Assembly (NCBI GenBank): GCA_963793865.1 | Contig: CAWCBP010000004.1 | Coordinates: 192,001-256,000, forward strand | Direction: 5' to 3' | Length of the DNA: 64,000 bases | From: an uncultured delta proteobacterium | GTDB taxonomy: Bacteria > Desulfobacterota > WTBG01 | In this document: positions 20,885-32,945 of the stretch, in pieces | Layout: the number at the start of each line of letters is the position of its first letter | Numbering within the stretch: position 1 is the first letter of the stretch | Notes under the pieces: model-generated | Told to the model about the DNA's origin: nothing | What the model saw: the letters and a program-made list of their open reading frames with translations, nothing else | Databases searched by the model: none | Translations under genes and position numbers: made by a program

Positions 20885-20950
20885 TGAACCGGCAGACAGC
20901 TGCCGGGGAATACACATATCCAGAACCATACCATCAGAAGGAACAATCAC

Positions 20951-21229
20951 GTGTCAAAATCCAGGGTCCACCTCTTTATCAGCGGAAGGGTGCAGGGTGT
21001 CTTTTTCCGCGCCCACACCAGGGATGAAGCAAGACAACGCGGTCTTACCGGGTGGGTGCAGAACCTCTGTGACGGAAGGGTTGAAGCCGTATTTGAAGGA
21101 GAAGATGAGGACATTCAGTCGATAATCAACTGGTGCCGCACCGGGCCTCCTCATGCAGTTGTGACCGATGTCTCTGTTGAAAGGGAAACATTCCGGGGCG
21201 GGTTTTCTGATTTTACCGTGCGGGGGTAG
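20951..21229 (+). CDS. acyP: Acylphosphatase
   Basis: ISGRVQGVFFR, GWVQNL.DGRVE, GPP. Confidence 0.95.
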   Translation: MSKSRVHLFISGRVQGVFFRAHTRDEARQRGLTGWVQNLCDGRVEAVFEGEDEDIQSIINWCRTGPPHAVVTDVSVERETFRGGFSDFTVRG

Positions 21230-21312
21230 ATCTTCTATCAACGTCATTCGGAGATACAGAATACAGCGGGAAAGAAGCGCATCGGAAGGAGTGGCTGCTG
21301 AAACATGCTGCG

Positions 21313-22374
21313 CTACAGGGAACTCAAAGGAGCACCAGCAAGGGCAATGGCATCCTTTGAGGTTTCCTTGATCTGGTACATCGCTTCATCAACCGCCCGC
21401 AGCAGGTCATCCTTGGTCGTGGCATCATCACCGTAAGTGGCCACGCCGAAGCTCGCGGTTATACTGATGTTGTAGCCCTCCTCGGTAAAAAAGACCTCTC
21501 CGTTGATGGCATTTCTGAGCCTGCGCGCCGCGCTGTATGCCTGCCGCTTGTCGGTCTGGGGAAGAATGATGACGAATTCATCGCCGCCGTAGCGGGCCGC
21601 CATGTCAACCTTGCGGATGGTGTTCATGATAACCTCACCTACCTTGGCCAGGGTTCTGCTGCCTACCAAATGCCCGTAGGTGTCGTTCACTTTTTTGAAA
21701 TAATCCAGGTCAAAAAATATGATCGAGAAGGGGGAACGGTACCGCTCGAACCGGTCTATCTCGCCCTTGATAATGTGCTGCAGATGGCGGGCATTATACA
21801 GGCCGGTAACATCGTCGGTGATGGTAAGCTCCTGCACCCGATGGTAATTGCGGGAATTCTCTATGGCGATCGCCGCGTAATCAGCGACGGTGGACAGGAT
21901 GTCCACGTCACTGGTGCTCAGGCTGATAAATTCCCTGGAGTTGATGATTTCGATCACACCCAGCACCTTGTCCTTGATTTTCATCGGTACCGCAATGATG
22001 GATTGGGTGTCGAAATTGCAGATCCGGTCTATTTTATGTGAGAAGCGCGGATCGCTGTTGACGTCGGAGACCAGAAGCGGCTCCCCGTGCATGGCAACCC
22101 ATCCGGCAATGCCTTCGCCCCGCCTGATCCTTAAATCCTTGAGTCTTTCCGCCGCCACCCCCACCGCGACCTCAAAGTAGAGCTCGTCGCTGCGCTCATC
22201 GAGCAGCAGCAGCGACCAGTTGCCGGGCCGGAAGTAGTCGCCCACGGTTTCCATGATTTTTTGCAAAATTTCCCCGATATCAAGGCTTGAGGTAAGGGCC
22301 TTGCCAATTCTGTTGTATATATTGACTTCTTCCTGGTAGCGCCTGAAGCGCTCCTCGATTGTTTTATCCTGCAT
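21313..22374 (-). CDS. GAF-domain diguanylate cyclase
   Basis: GAF (GEGIAGWVA, IIAVPM, GVIEIIN) plus RKVD I-site and GGDEF. Confidence 0.93.
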   Translation of the reverse strand: MQDKTIEERFRRYQEEVNIYNRIGKALTSSLDIGEILQKIMETVGDYFRPGNWSLLLLDERSDELYFEVAVGVAAERLKDLRIRRGEGIAGWVAMHGEPLLVSDVNSDPRFSHKIDRICNFDTQSIIAVPMKIKDKVLGVIEIINSREFISLSTSDVDILSTVADYAAIAIENSRNYHRVQELTITDDVTGLYNARHLQHIIKGEIDRFERYRSPFSIIFFDLDYFKKVNDTYGHLVGSRTLAKVGEVIMNTIRKVDMAARYGGDEFVIILPQTDKRQAYSAARRLRNAINGEVFFTEEGYNISITASFGVATYGDDATTKDDLLRAVDEAMYQIKETSKDAIALAGAPLSSL

Positions 22375-22410
22375 GGCACTATACGTATCGGATAAAAAAG
22401 AAAATACTTA

Positions 22411-22435
22411 AGGGCGTACGGCCGTACGCCCCTAC
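22411..22435 (-). repeat. REP-like element family B (GTAGGGGCG hairpin)
   Basis: Reverse complement GTAGGGGCGTACGGCCGTACGCCCT: GTAG plus palindrome, related to 37016-37043 and 59815-59842. Confidence 0.75.
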
Positions 22436-22474
22436 ATGCCTTCTCGTGCTATACCCCGCTAACGTGCACACACG

Positions 22475-23482
22475 TTAGCGATCAATTTTCTCGGGGCGGA
22501 TTAATGACAGGAGGAAGCCGATACCGTAGGAAACCTGCTGGAGGATGAAGAGGAAGGGAACGATGAAAAAAGCCTGTGGTGCGCGCAGCCGCACAACACT
22601 GTCAATTGCGAGTATCGCCAGGAAAATCAGCACCGCCGTGATGCAGGTAAGCAGTACAGCGGGGGCGGCATTAAACCAGGCCGGCAGCAGCGCCAGAAAC
22701 AGAGCGACGACAACCAGCAGCGCCGGCATGACATGCAGGGGCTCAAGGCTTCCACGATGGAGCCGGGCAAGGGTAACGCGGGCCCTGCCCATGTTGAAGA
22801 GCTGCCTTGCATACTGGGCCACGGTGTTTCTTCGCCGGTGATAGACCTGGGCGCGGCCCTGGTAGAGGAGCTCAAAGCCCGCCTGCCGTATGCGAAAGCT
22901 CAGCTCAATATCTTCCGCATGATACATGTTTTTAAATCCGCCGGTTGCTTCATAGGCCTTCCTGGAGATGGCCATGTTGAAGGTGCGCGGATAGAAGCGC
23001 GCCAGCCGCCTGCCCTCCTTGCCCCTCATGCCGCCCGTGGTCAGTGGGGCAGTCATGAGGTAGTGGAAGCAGCGCATGAGCAGGGGATCACGCTCATTTA
23101 TAATTTCGCGCCCGCCTGCCGCCCCAACCGTGCCCGAAGCAAACGGTTTAATCAGCTGCTGAAGCCAGTCCGGCTGCGGGATGCAATCGGTATCGATGAA
23201 GACGAAGATGTCGCCCGATGCCTTTCCCATGCCCAGGTTGCGGGCGGCCCCGGGGCCCCGGTGCTCCTGGGCAAACCAGGAAAAGGGAAACCCGAACCCG
23301 TGCTTGTGCTCATCAAGCCATTCGGGGGTACCGTCACGTGAGCCGTCGTCCACCACGATCACTTCAAAGCCGCCGGGGGCGAGCGTCTGCCGGGAAAGGG
23401 AAGCTAAAAGCAGCCCCAGTTCATTCTTTCGATTGTAGGTGGGTATGATGACGGAAACCGCTCTTTTTTCAATCTGTGCCAC
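22475..23482 (-). CDS. Glycosyltransferase family 2 with C-terminal membrane helices
   Basis: SVIIPTYN, VVDDGS, GPGAARN, FIDTD, AEDIEL. Confidence 0.92.
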   Translation of the reverse strand: MAQIEKRAVSVIIPTYNRKNELGLLLASLSRQTLAPGGFEVIVVDDGSRDGTPEWLDEHKHGFGFPFSWFAQEHRGPGAARNLGMGKASGDIFVFIDTDCIPQPDWLQQLIKPFASGTVGAAGGREIINERDPLLMRCFHYLMTAPLTTGGMRGKEGRRLARFYPRTFNMAISRKAYEATGGFKNMYHAEDIELSFRIRQAGFELLYQGRAQVYHRRRNTVAQYARQLFNMGRARVTLARLHRGSLEPLHVMPALLVVVALFLALLPAWFNAAPAVLLTCITAVLIFLAILAIDSVVRLRAPQAFFIVPFLFILQQVSYGIGFLLSLIRPEKIDR

Positions 23483-23516
23483 GTATGGATCCTGCTTCAG
23501 GCGAGAGGCCTCAACC

Positions 23517-24496
23517 TTAATCCAGCTGTTCCCTTAAGGTATAGGATTTTTCCCTCTGTGAGGAGAAGACGATGAGTTCCCCCATCAAACCGAAGAAAAT
23601 GAACTGCACACCGAGAATGAGAAGCAGAATGCCCAGGAGGAGGAGGGGACGGTTGCTTATCCACTTGCCCGATATGCGCAGGACCGCCATGTAAATATTA
23701 ATGGCAAGGCCGCTCAGGGAAAGGATCGTGCCCAGCAGGCCGAAAAAGTGAAGCGGCTTTTCAGGATACTTGGTGAGCATGATAACCGTGAGCAGGTCAA
23801 ACAATCCCCGCAGGTAGCGCTCCGATCCGAATTTGGACACGCCATGCATCCTGGGATGGTGCCCTACTTTAACTTCTCCCACCCGGAAACCCTTCCAGTT
23901 GGCAATGGCCGGAATAAACCGGTGGAGTTCTCCATAGAGCGCCAGTTCATCCACCAGCTCGCGCCTGTAGCATTTGAGTCCGCAGTTAAAATCATGCAGC
24001 TTTACCCCGGTAAAAAACGAGGTGACCCGGTTGAACAGCCGCGATGCGATTTTGCGTATGAGCGAATCCTTTCTTTTTTTCTTCCACCCCGACACCAGGT
24101 CATATCCCTGCTCAAGCCTGTGCAGCAGGGAGGGAATTTCCTCCGGCAGATCCTGGAGATCGGCATCAAGGGTGATGATAATTTCCCCCCTCGCCTTCTT
24201 AAAGCCGGCGGAAAGTGCTGTCGATTTGCCGAAGTTTTTTCGGAAGCGGATGGCCTTTACCCGGCTGTCCCGCTTGTGCAGTTTTTGCAGGACGGCAAAG
24301 GAGTTGTCGATGCTCCCGTCATCGACGAAGATGATCTCGAACCGGTCAGAGAGGGTCGCAAGGGTATCGGTGAGCCTCCGGTGCAACTCCTCCAGGCTTC
24401 GCTCTTCATTGTACAGCGGGATTACTACCGAAAAGGCAATGGTATTGTCTTCTGATGCAGAGTCATTGTGCTCTTTCCTGACGGGGATTGATCCAT
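23517..24496 (-). CDS. GT2 polyprenyl-phosphate glycosyltransferase (ArnC/GtrB-like); 5' frameshift near 24432
   Basis: FVDDGS, NFGKSTAL, LDADLQD, HDFNCGLK, HRFIP, two C-terminal TM helices; SVVIPLYNEE is in frame upstream of the called start but the nearest ATGs are out of frame. Confidence 0.88.
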
Positions 24497-24753
24497 TTCG
24501 CTGCGCGGTCAGGCATGTACACGGCCCTGTACCGCGTATTTATACCACAGCAGCCGATGATTTACAACGCATAATAGAAACTGCGCAACCATCTCTGCGC
24601 GACATTTCTTCCCTGACGGAATATGCAAACAGGGGATGATCTTCACTTAAACCTGTTGACGAGCTGACCAGCAAGGTGATACTTATCACGTAACATCTCA
24701 TGCCGGCATGAATCATTGTCACCCTGCACGAAGTGAAGGATTTCAGGTAACCG

Positions 24754-25854
24754 ATGAAAGATCAACCGGAGACGAACCGCCTCTTTTTTCTGCTTGCGAT
24801 CTCAGTTGTGCAGATCGTGATATCGTCACTTCTGCTCAACTATCTCAGCATGGAAAACTGGTCGGCTGTCTTCGCGGAAGACAGCGAGGGGTATATCCTG
24901 GCGGCCCGCTTCTTTTCAGGCCTGGATGCCCCGCCGGAATCGCTTCAACTGTTGAAATACCGCCTTTTCAGTCCTCTTGTTCCTTTTCTGGCTTCTCTTA
25001 TCGGACGAATTGTCCCCCTGGAATACGCATTTCTGATACTCAACTGCTTTTTTTGGATTTCTACCGTCTATCTCGTCTACCGCCTTTCGGAGATTCTCCT
25101 TAACCCGCAGCTTGCATACTGCTGCGCGCTCCTGTTTGCCACCTCTCTTCCTCTCATCGTCTGGGGGCTTCCGGTCATGGTTGATATGGCCTCCTTTTTT
25201 ATGGCCGCGCTGAGCTGCCTCCTGATCATTAACGGCTCTCACAAGCAGGCGGCATGGCTGCCGCTCGCGCTCACGCTTGCACTGGCACTGCTGACCAAAC
25301 CCAACCTCATCTCCCTCGTGCTGTTTTTCGCGTTCTATGCCGGACTGGGGAAAGAATACGGGAAGGCAGTGCTGGTTACAGCTGTTTCACTGTCGCTGGC
25401 TGGAGGGATTTATCTTCTGCTCGGGCTGAGGCTGGAGGATTTTCTTACCCTGGGATATTTGCGCCATCGGGGTCCTGTGTATGTTGCCAATGCCTTCGTC
25501 TTTTGCTTCCACTGGGGCTTACCGCTAGCCGCATGGGGATTCGTCGCGGCCAAAAAGCACCGGTCCTTCTACCGCACCTATCTTCTCAGCGCGTTCGGAT
25601 GCTACCTTGCCTTTGTTCACAACCCCCGCTTGCTGTTCATCGTCTTTCCGGCGGCGCTTCCCCTGGTGGTGCAGGGAATGGAATTGTTAACCCGGGAGAC
25701 AGCGCGACGATGGAGTTTACAACCCCAACGGTCCCTTACATCCCTGACGGTAGGCTATATGCTCACCTCAAACATCCTTGCCGCCATCTACCTGTACATC
25801 ACCCGGGTGCTCCAGTACCGGTCCGTTGAAAGCATCAATCATTTTCTGGGATAA
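24754..25854 (+). CDS. Polytopic membrane protein, probable GT-C fold glycosyltransferase
   Basis: About 9-10 hydrophobic helices; acidic EDSEGY motif after the first TM; LLTKP motif as in ArnT/PMT-like proteins. Confidence 0.6.
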   Translation: MKDQPETNRLFFLLAISVVQIVISSLLLNYLSMENWSAVFAEDSEGYILAARFFSGLDAPPESLQLLKYRLFSPLVPFLASLIGRIVPLEYAFLILNCFFWISTVYLVYRLSEILLNPQLAYCCALLFATSLPLIVWGLPVMVDMASFFMAALSCLLIINGSHKQAAWLPLALTLALALLTKPNLISLVLFFAFYAGLGKEYGKAVLVTAVSLSLAGGIYLLLGLRLEDFLTLGYLRHRGPVYVANAFVFCFHWGLPLAAWGFVAAKKHRSFYRTYLLSAFGCYLAFVHNPRLLFIVFPAALPLVVQGMELLTRETARRWSLQPQRSLTSLTVGYMLTSNILAAIYLYITRVLQYRSVESINHFLG

Positions 25855-26051
25855 GAAAGCAACCTCGGGTGAGGGTATCTCTAAAATTCCGGCTATGCCC
25901 TGAGACAGCCGCCCCGGGAGTATGTGGTTTGATGGAGGATGGAGACATCTTCCCGATGGCACAGGAAATGATAAAAAATATTTATTGCTTGACAACAATA
26001 AGATAAAATATTATTAAATTCTAAGTATTTGCAATCTGCATAGTTGTTTCT

Positions 26052-28347
26052 ATGTACAGCACCCCCAACACCAATAGTTCTGGCACCCTTACTACATTGA
26101 GCAAAGCACGGTCTTCATACATACCTATTATAGCACTCGTCATCATTTACGCCCTGCTGGGTATTTTCCTTTTCTCTTTTGAAAATTATCCTGTTGATGA
26201 TGACTGGTCGTACATCAAGGCCGCCGAAATTTTTCATCACACGGGGGAGATGAAACTTACTCCCTGGACGGCTATGAGCCTTGTCTTCCAGGTATGGTGG
26301 GGCACCTGCTTCACGAAACTTTTCGGCTATTCTATCGAAATGCTCCGATTGTCCACGCTGGTTATCTCCCTGCTGGGACTGGTTTTTTTTTACCGCCTGC
26401 TGCAGGAGATCAACGTGGGCTGGCAAACCGCTTTTTTACTGGTGCTGTTAATCCTCTTCAACCCTTTTTCCCTGCCTCTTAACTTCACCTTTTTTACCGA
26501 CCACTTTTTTATTTCCCTTCTCTTTGGCGCAACCTATTTTTATTACAAGGCGTGCAAAGAGAACAAAGATCGCTACCTTTTGCTCGCATCGCTTGTGTCT
26601 TCCTGTGCTGTGCTGGTCAGGCAAAACGGCATCCTTATTCCAGTGGCGGTCCTGCTCTATCTTATTGTAAGCGAACGCCCATTCAAAAGTGCCGCGAAAA
26701 AAGGTCTCTTCACCCTTCTCCTCCCAGTAGCGGCCCTCATCGTATACACCTACTGGCTGAATGCCATTCACGGGCCCACTGCCGAATACATCAGGCAATC
26801 ACAGGATCTGCTTGCCAATCTCACAAAACCTCACCTCCTGGTCATCAAGGTGGTATTCAGGTCCTTTTTGTTTCTCGAGTTTATGGGATATTGCCTGCTC
26901 CCGCTCAGCCTCAGCCTGCTGCCCTGTTTCCGGGATCTGGTCAGCAGGAAGAATTATTTTCTGATTGTTTTATTCTGCCTCAGCGGAACGATTTTCTTTC
27001 TATTATTTGAACATATCGGCCTCTATTCCACGACCGATCTTTGGATGAACGGCTTCTGCTACGCCTTCATTTCAGAATACGGATACAGGGATTTCCTGAA
27101 CATCATGTTTTTCTTTCACCGGCTGCTCGATTTCCTTTCCGTGCTGTCTATTGTCTATCTTATCTATCTCTTGATCAAATACAGAAAATCCCTGCAGACA
27201 GCGTTCACCCGCACCTCTCCATCACTGCTGGTTTTGCTCATAGGAATATTCCAGCTGCTCTTTCTCTTCACCACTCTCTACAAATTCAGCCGCTACTACC
27301 TGGTGATTGTCCCGTTTTGCATCTTCCTGATCATGACGCTGCAAACACAGGCCGCGATAAGAAAAAAGGTTTTTGTGCCCCTGCTCCTTGCCTACGCCGT
27401 ATTTTCTTTCGCGGTGACCCAGGACGTGATGAGCTGGAATCAATGCAAATGGCGCGTCAGTCAGGGGTTGTCTGGATAATGGCATCTCCCCTCAGAAAAT
27501 ATCCTCCGGTTTTGCCTGGGATGCCTGGCATGGTTACCGATATACCCTTGACCATCCCTATGCCATCGCGACCCTGAAAGGGGGCATCCCCTGGTGGATT
27601 GAGGACATTCTTCCCACCATTGATCCTGAATATATTGTCTCTAATTCACCCGTTCCCACAGGGTTTGAAAATTTACACTACTTTCACAATGACCGGTACA
27701 GCGTCATCTCCTCGGCCGGTTACTACAGCCTCTTTTACGGAAGAGATATGAAAATTTACGCCTTGAAGAGGGAACGGGGTACGGACCCGCGAATAGAGGG
27801 AATTGCCTCTTTTGACTTTCTGAAAAATCTGCCCGGGGCACAAACCCGGGGGGTGACCGCCCCGGGTACATTCATGCAGATGACTGCTGATATCGGCGGG
27901 GATCAAAAACCTGCCTGGCTGCAGGTTTCGCCATCCAGTGTATTATTCAGGCTGCAATTGCCTTACGGCAGATGCAGGTTAAAGGCAGCAATAGCAATGC
28001 CGGCCTCCTCATGGGATAAACCGGGAGATGGTGTTTTATGCAAAATTTTGATCGATAACATCCTGGTGGAAAATATTTTCACCCAGATTGCCGCTGTGAG
28101 GGTTTCAGAATTAAGAGAGTTTTTGAGACCGAGAACCTTCTTTTTCAAGGAACCCAGCACGTATTTCAATCAATTCATCGATCCGGTGCATGATCATGCC
28201 GCGCGATCGTGGCAGGACATTTCAGTTGATCTTTCTGCCTTTGCCGGGCAGGTTGTAGATATCATCTTTGAAGTCGGGGGCGGGCCGGTCAATGATAATC
28301 AGAATGATGAAGTGCTCTGGGCCAACCCCGTTATAGAAAGCTATTGA
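26052..28347 (+). CDS. ArnT/PMT-like (GT39/GT83) membrane glycosyltransferase with C-terminal soluble domain; frameshift at ~27471
   Basis: DDDWSY after TM1, FFTD, LVRQNG; removing one base at 27471 fuses 26052-27479 in frame through LDNGISPQKISSGFAWDAW to ORF 27748-28347. Confidence 0.75.
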
Positions 28348-28393
28348 AATGTCATCACCGTGGCCGGGGTTCGGATATACTTCTACAGGGTGT

Positions 28394-29038
28394 ATGATGC
28401 TTGCAAAAAGAATGATTTCACCCGGGGTGGTTTTCACCATCGCTTTTTGCATGGCAGCGGGATTCACCGTATCCGCCCTGAATGCAGAATGCAAACCTGT
28501 CATCAAAACAGGGCAAAGCACATGCTATGACAATACCGGAAACCAGGTCGACTGCACGCACACGGGTCAGGATGGGGAGCACCAGATGGGAATGGCCTGG
28601 CCACGTCCCCGGTTCACCGATTACGGGGACGGCACAATTCTCGATAATCTTACGTCTCTTGTCTGGACAAAAGATGCCCAACACGTTAACGGCACGATGA
28701 CGTGGGCCGATGCCCTGGCAGTGTGCAATAATCTCGATTTTGCCGGCCACGCTGATTGGCGGCTTCCCACTGTGCGGGAACTGCTCAGCCTCATGGATTA
28801 TGAACAGCATGATCCCGCCCTGCCTCAGGGCCATCCCTTTGATCATGTGCAATTCATCTTTTACTGGTCCGGCACCAGCTATGATGCCAGTCCCATCAAT
28901 GCCTGGGGCGTGTACCTGTGCAATGGCTACGCGTTCAATTACCACAAAGCCACCAGGGCATACGTATGGCCGGTTCGCACCGCGAAGCGTATTGATGAGG
29001 CAGTGAGTCAGATGAACCCGGAGCATCCGAGCCCCTGA
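28394..29038 (+). CDS. DUF1566 (Lcl C-terminal-like) domain exported protein
   Basis: Signal-like N-terminus; KTGQSTCY, RFTDYGDGTILDNLTSLVW, DWRLPT..EL, YWS, VWPVR. Confidence 0.85.
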   Translation: MMLAKRMISPGVVFTIAFCMAAGFTVSALNAECKPVIKTGQSTCYDNTGNQVDCTHTGQDGEHQMGMAWPRPRFTDYGDGTILDNLTSLVWTKDAQHVNGTMTWADALAVCNNLDFAGHADWRLPTVRELLSLMDYEQHDPALPQGHPFDHVQFIFYWSGTSYDASPINAWGVYLCNGYAFNYHKATRAYVWPVRTAKRIDEAVSQMNPEHPSP

Positions 29039-29049
29039 AGGAAACATTC

Positions 29050-30348
29050 ATGCCATTCAAAGCCATGACCGGCGCCATGAGATCACTAAAAATCACAGAT
29101 GTTTTTTTTTGCTCATTGCCCTCTATTGCGCGGGCCGGTACCTTGTTCTTGACAGCCTGCGATTTGAAGCAAATGATTTCTCGCCCGTATATGTCGCAGC
29201 ACGTTTGATGGCGGATGGAAAGGCCGCTTTACTCTACGACCACCACCCCTATTTATTCAACCTCGTTCCCCCGGGTGAGTTTAAGGAAACCGCAGCACAA
29301 TGTGGATTCAAGGGCACCATAACCCCCTACGTGCACCTGCCGCTCTTTGCGTTTCTTGCCCGGCCTCTTTTGTCCATTAACTTTTCCGTCATAACCATTC
29401 TGTTGCTTGTGATTAATGTGGTCGCGGTGGGTCTTATCACTCTTCCTTATTCTGAGACTCACAAACCAGAAACCTTTGCTGAGATGGCTCTGTATTGCCA
29501 TAGCTGTATTGGCAAGCTATTATCCCCTGCGCTATGGTCTGCGTCTCGGGCAAACAACCCCCCTGGTCTTTCTGGGCATAACCTCCCTTTACTATTTGGA
29601 CAGATCCGGTTATCCAAAACTATCGGGCATGCTGTTAGGATTGATTATAAGCCTCAAAATAACCCCGATCCTTTTATTCTGCTACTTTCTGATAAAAAAG
29701 AGATGGTCGGTGGCCATCTCAACCGTAATCACGCTACTTGTTATTGGTGCGGCCAGTATAATCCTGGCGGGGTGGCAGAGTAACCTTACCTTCGCAAATA
29801 ATATTATCCGGCTGAGCGGATTGAGTCTGGCAAGCTGGAACAATCAATCTATTGACGGATTTTTACTCCGATGGGAAACGGGGGCCCTTCATATCTATGA
29901 CTGGCATCTTTTATCAGTCCCTCCGGCAATCAAGGCAATTAAGTACACATTGCTGGCGTGCGTTGTTCTGTTTTGGTTCGCCGCACTCCGCACCGGCAAG
30001 AGAAGGGACCTACATTACGATCTGCTTGTTTTTTCTCTCACTATTATTATTTCGGTTATGTTTGCCCCCATTGCATGGACTCATTATCTCTTGTTTTTCA
30101 TTTTCCCCTGTCTGGTACTTGCCTGCTTCCTCGTGCGCGACAAAAAAACCCCCTGCCGCAACTGGCTCCTGGGGGGTGTTATTATATCTTATATCAGCAT
30201 TGCCCTTCCGACACCTTACCTTTTGTCACTCCTCAATATCCCTATATTGAATCAGGTACCTTTGACGGTATTGAGTTCCGGCGGTTTCCTGGGAGGTGCG
30301 CTCCTGCTGTTCATCACCTTCATGGCCCTATTTTTGCGGCAAGATTAG
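29050..30348 (+). CDS. Glycosyltransferase family 87 (DUF2029)-like membrane protein; frameshifts at 29102-29110 and ~29430
   Basis: NDFSPVYVAA, PYVHLP, LRLGQ, LKITP, NQSI, PIAWTHY; the three frames join into one ~430-aa polytopic protein. Confidence 0.78.
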
Positions 30349-30424
30349 CATTTGGTTTTTCCCGGGTGTTGTGATATAGAATACCCTGCTTTAGCGGCAC
30401 ATGAATGCTCGGAGAGAAAAACCA

Positions 30425-31876
30425 GTGCACTATGATATTGTCATCGGGCTCGAGGTTCATGCCCAATTGCTAACCAAAAGCAAGATTTTCTGCGGTTGTT
30501 CAACCGCGTTCGGCGCGCCGCCCAACACCCAGGTGTGTCCCGTCTGCATGGGCATGCCCGGGGTATTGCCGGTCTTGAACAGGAAGGTGGTGGAACTGGC
30601 CATACGGACTGCCCTGGCCACCCGCTGCCAGGTCGCGGAAACGAGCCGGTTTGCCCGGAAAAACTACTTTTACCCCGACCTGCCCAAGGGCTACCAGATC
30701 TCCCAGTTCGAGAAGCCGCTGGCATCCGATGGCTACATTGACATCGAGGCGGGCGAAGAGAAGAAAACCAGGCGCATCGGCATCACCCGCATTCACATGG
30801 AGGAAGACGCGGGGAAGCTTTTCCACGGGATGGAAGGGGCCTCGGCCAACCACAGCTATGTGGACCTCAACCGCACAGGCGTGCCCCTGATAGAAATTGT
30901 CAGCGAACCCGACATGACCACCCCGGAGGAGGCCGATGCCTACCTGCGCAGCCTGAGGGCCATACTGCAATACCTGGACGTGTGCGACGGCTCCATGGAA
31001 GAAGGAAGCTTTCGCTGTGACGCCAACATCTCGCTTAAACCCGCGGGGCGGAAAGAACTCGGCACCAAGGTGGAATTGAAAAACATGAATTCCTTCCGCC
31101 ATGTGCAGAATGCACTCGCATTCGAAATAGAGCGGCAGAAACAGATGCTTGCCGACGGGGAAACCATCGTGCAGGAAACGCGGCTCTGGGACGCGGACAG
31201 GGGCATTACCACCTCCATGAGAAGCAAGGAGGAGGCGCACGACTACCGCTATTTTCCCGACCCCGACCTGCAGCCGGTCGCGGTCAGCGCCGGGTGGATT
31301 GAATCAATACGCGCGGGCCTTCCGGAGCTGCCGCAGGGGCGGCGCGAGCGCTTTGTGCGGGACTTCAAACTTCCTGACTATGACGCGGAGGTGCTCACCG
31401 GCTCCCGGCAGCTTGCTGACTATTTTGAAATGTGCGTGACCTGCTACCCGCAGCCTAAAAAAGTGAGCAACTGGATAATGGGTGAATTGCTGCGGCTCCT
31501 TAATGAAAGCAAAAAGAGCATCGGGGAATGCCTGGTCACGCCCTCCTCGCTGGCGGCCATGCTCTCCATGGTTGACAAGGGTGTTATCAGCGGCAAAACG
31601 GCCAAGAAGGTATTTGAGGAAATGTATGCCACGGGAAAAGATCCCTCCGCGATAGTCGCCAGCAAAGGTCTGGAGCAGGTTTCCGACCAGGGCGAGCTGG
31701 GCGGGGTGATTGACGGCATTCTCGCGGCGCATCCCCGGCAGGTGGAGGAATACCGTCAGGGAAAAGAAAAGGTGTTCGGCTTTTTTGTCGGCGAGGCAAT
31801 GAAGGCGACCAGGGGCAAGGCTAATCCGCAGCTGATTAATGAACTCTTGAAAAAGAAGCTCGGTGAACATGGCTGA
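30425..31876 (+). CDS. gatB: Aspartyl/glutamyl-tRNA amidotransferase subunit B
   Basis: [56 protein letters not shown]. Confidence 0.97.
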   Translation: MHYDIVIGLEVHAQLLTKSKIFCGCSTAFGAPPNTQVCPVCMGMPGVLPVLNRKVVELAIRTALATRCQVAETSRFARKNYFYPDLPKGYQISQFEKPLASDGYIDIEAGEEKKTRRIGITRIHMEEDAGKLFHGMEGASANHSYVDLNRTGVPLIEIVSEPDMTTPEEADAYLRSLRAILQYLDVCDGSMEEGSFRCDANISLKPAGRKELGTKVELKNMNSFRHVQNALAFEIERQKQMLADGETIVQETRLWDADRGITTSMRSKEEAHDYRYFPDPDLQPVAVSAGWIESIRAGLPELPQGRRERFVRDFKLPDYDAEVLTGSRQLADYFEMCVTCYPQPKKVSNWIMGELLRLLNESKKSIGECLVTPSSLAAMLSMVDKGVISGKTAKKVFEEMYATGKDPSAIVASKGLEQVSDQGELGGVIDGILAAHPRQVEEYRQGKEKVFGFFVGEAMKATRGKANPQLINELLKKKLGEHG

Positions 31877-32915
31877 CACAATTTTCTGGGAAAACGACAG
31901 GGTTATGCTGCTGGACCAGACAAAACTCCCGGTGGAGCAGGTCTATCTCGCCTGTGAGGACTACCGGGCGGTGGCAGCGGCCATTCAAGGGATGGTGGTG
32001 CGGGGCGCGCCGGCCATCGGTGTTGCCGCGGCAATGGGCATCGCCCTGGGGGCACTCAGAATCAAGGCCGGCGGCTATCCAATGATTTCAGGCGGCAGTT
32101 CGAGGAAATATGCGGCGATTTCGCCAAAACCAGGCCCACCGCGGTCAACCTCTTCTGGGCCATTGATCATATGAAGCGCCTTGTCGATGCCCACGGCGAC
32201 AGCAGCGTTGGGTCGCTGCAGCGGGATGCTCAAAGAGGAAGCGATACGGATGGCCGGGGAGGATATCAGCATCAACCGCCGGATCGGCGCCATGGGCAGA
32301 GAGCTCATCAGCAATGGCGACACGGTCATGACCCACTGCAACGCCGGGGCGCTGGCCACTGCCGGATACGGAACCGCCCTCGGGGTCATCAGGGCGGCGC
32401 ACGAGGAGGGAAAGAAGATAGCGGTGTTTGCCTGCGAAACCCGCCCCTACCTGCAGGGGGCGCGGCTTACTGCCTGGGAGCTGCATGAGAGCGGCATTCC
32501 CGTCACCGTCATAACCGACAGCATGGCCGGCCATGCCATGAGAACAAAAAAGATTGCCCTGGTGATAACCGGCGCAGACTGCGTGTGCGCCAACGGCGAT
32601 GTCGCCAACAAAATCGGCACCTATTCCCTGGCGGTGCTCGCCCGCGAACACGGCATCCCTTTTTACGTGGCCGCACCCCTTTCAACCATAAATATGAGCC
32701 GTAAAAATGGCGCGGATGTTTCCATCGAGGAGCGGAGCCCCCGGGAAATCACTCACTTCGGTGAAAAAAGGATCGTTCCCGAAGGGGTGAATGTCTGGAA
32801 TCCCGCGTTCGACATCACCCCCGCGAAATACCTGAGCGGACTGGTTACCGAAAAGGGAATCATCAGGAAGCCATATAAGCGCAACCTCGCCCGTCTGGCG
32901 GGTGCACAGCAATAA
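31869..32915 (+). CDS. mtnA: Methylthioribose-1-phosphate isomerase; frameshifts at ~32080 and ~32222
   Basis: [16 protein letters not shown]; middle frame [53 protein letters not shown]. Confidence 0.93.
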
Positions 32916-32945
32916 ATCCCCAAGAGCGAGAGAAGGATACATACC

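Noticed and set aside
30425..32915. gatB without gatC/gatA, next to mtnA
   Set aside because: Split gat loci are common; not evidence of a new system
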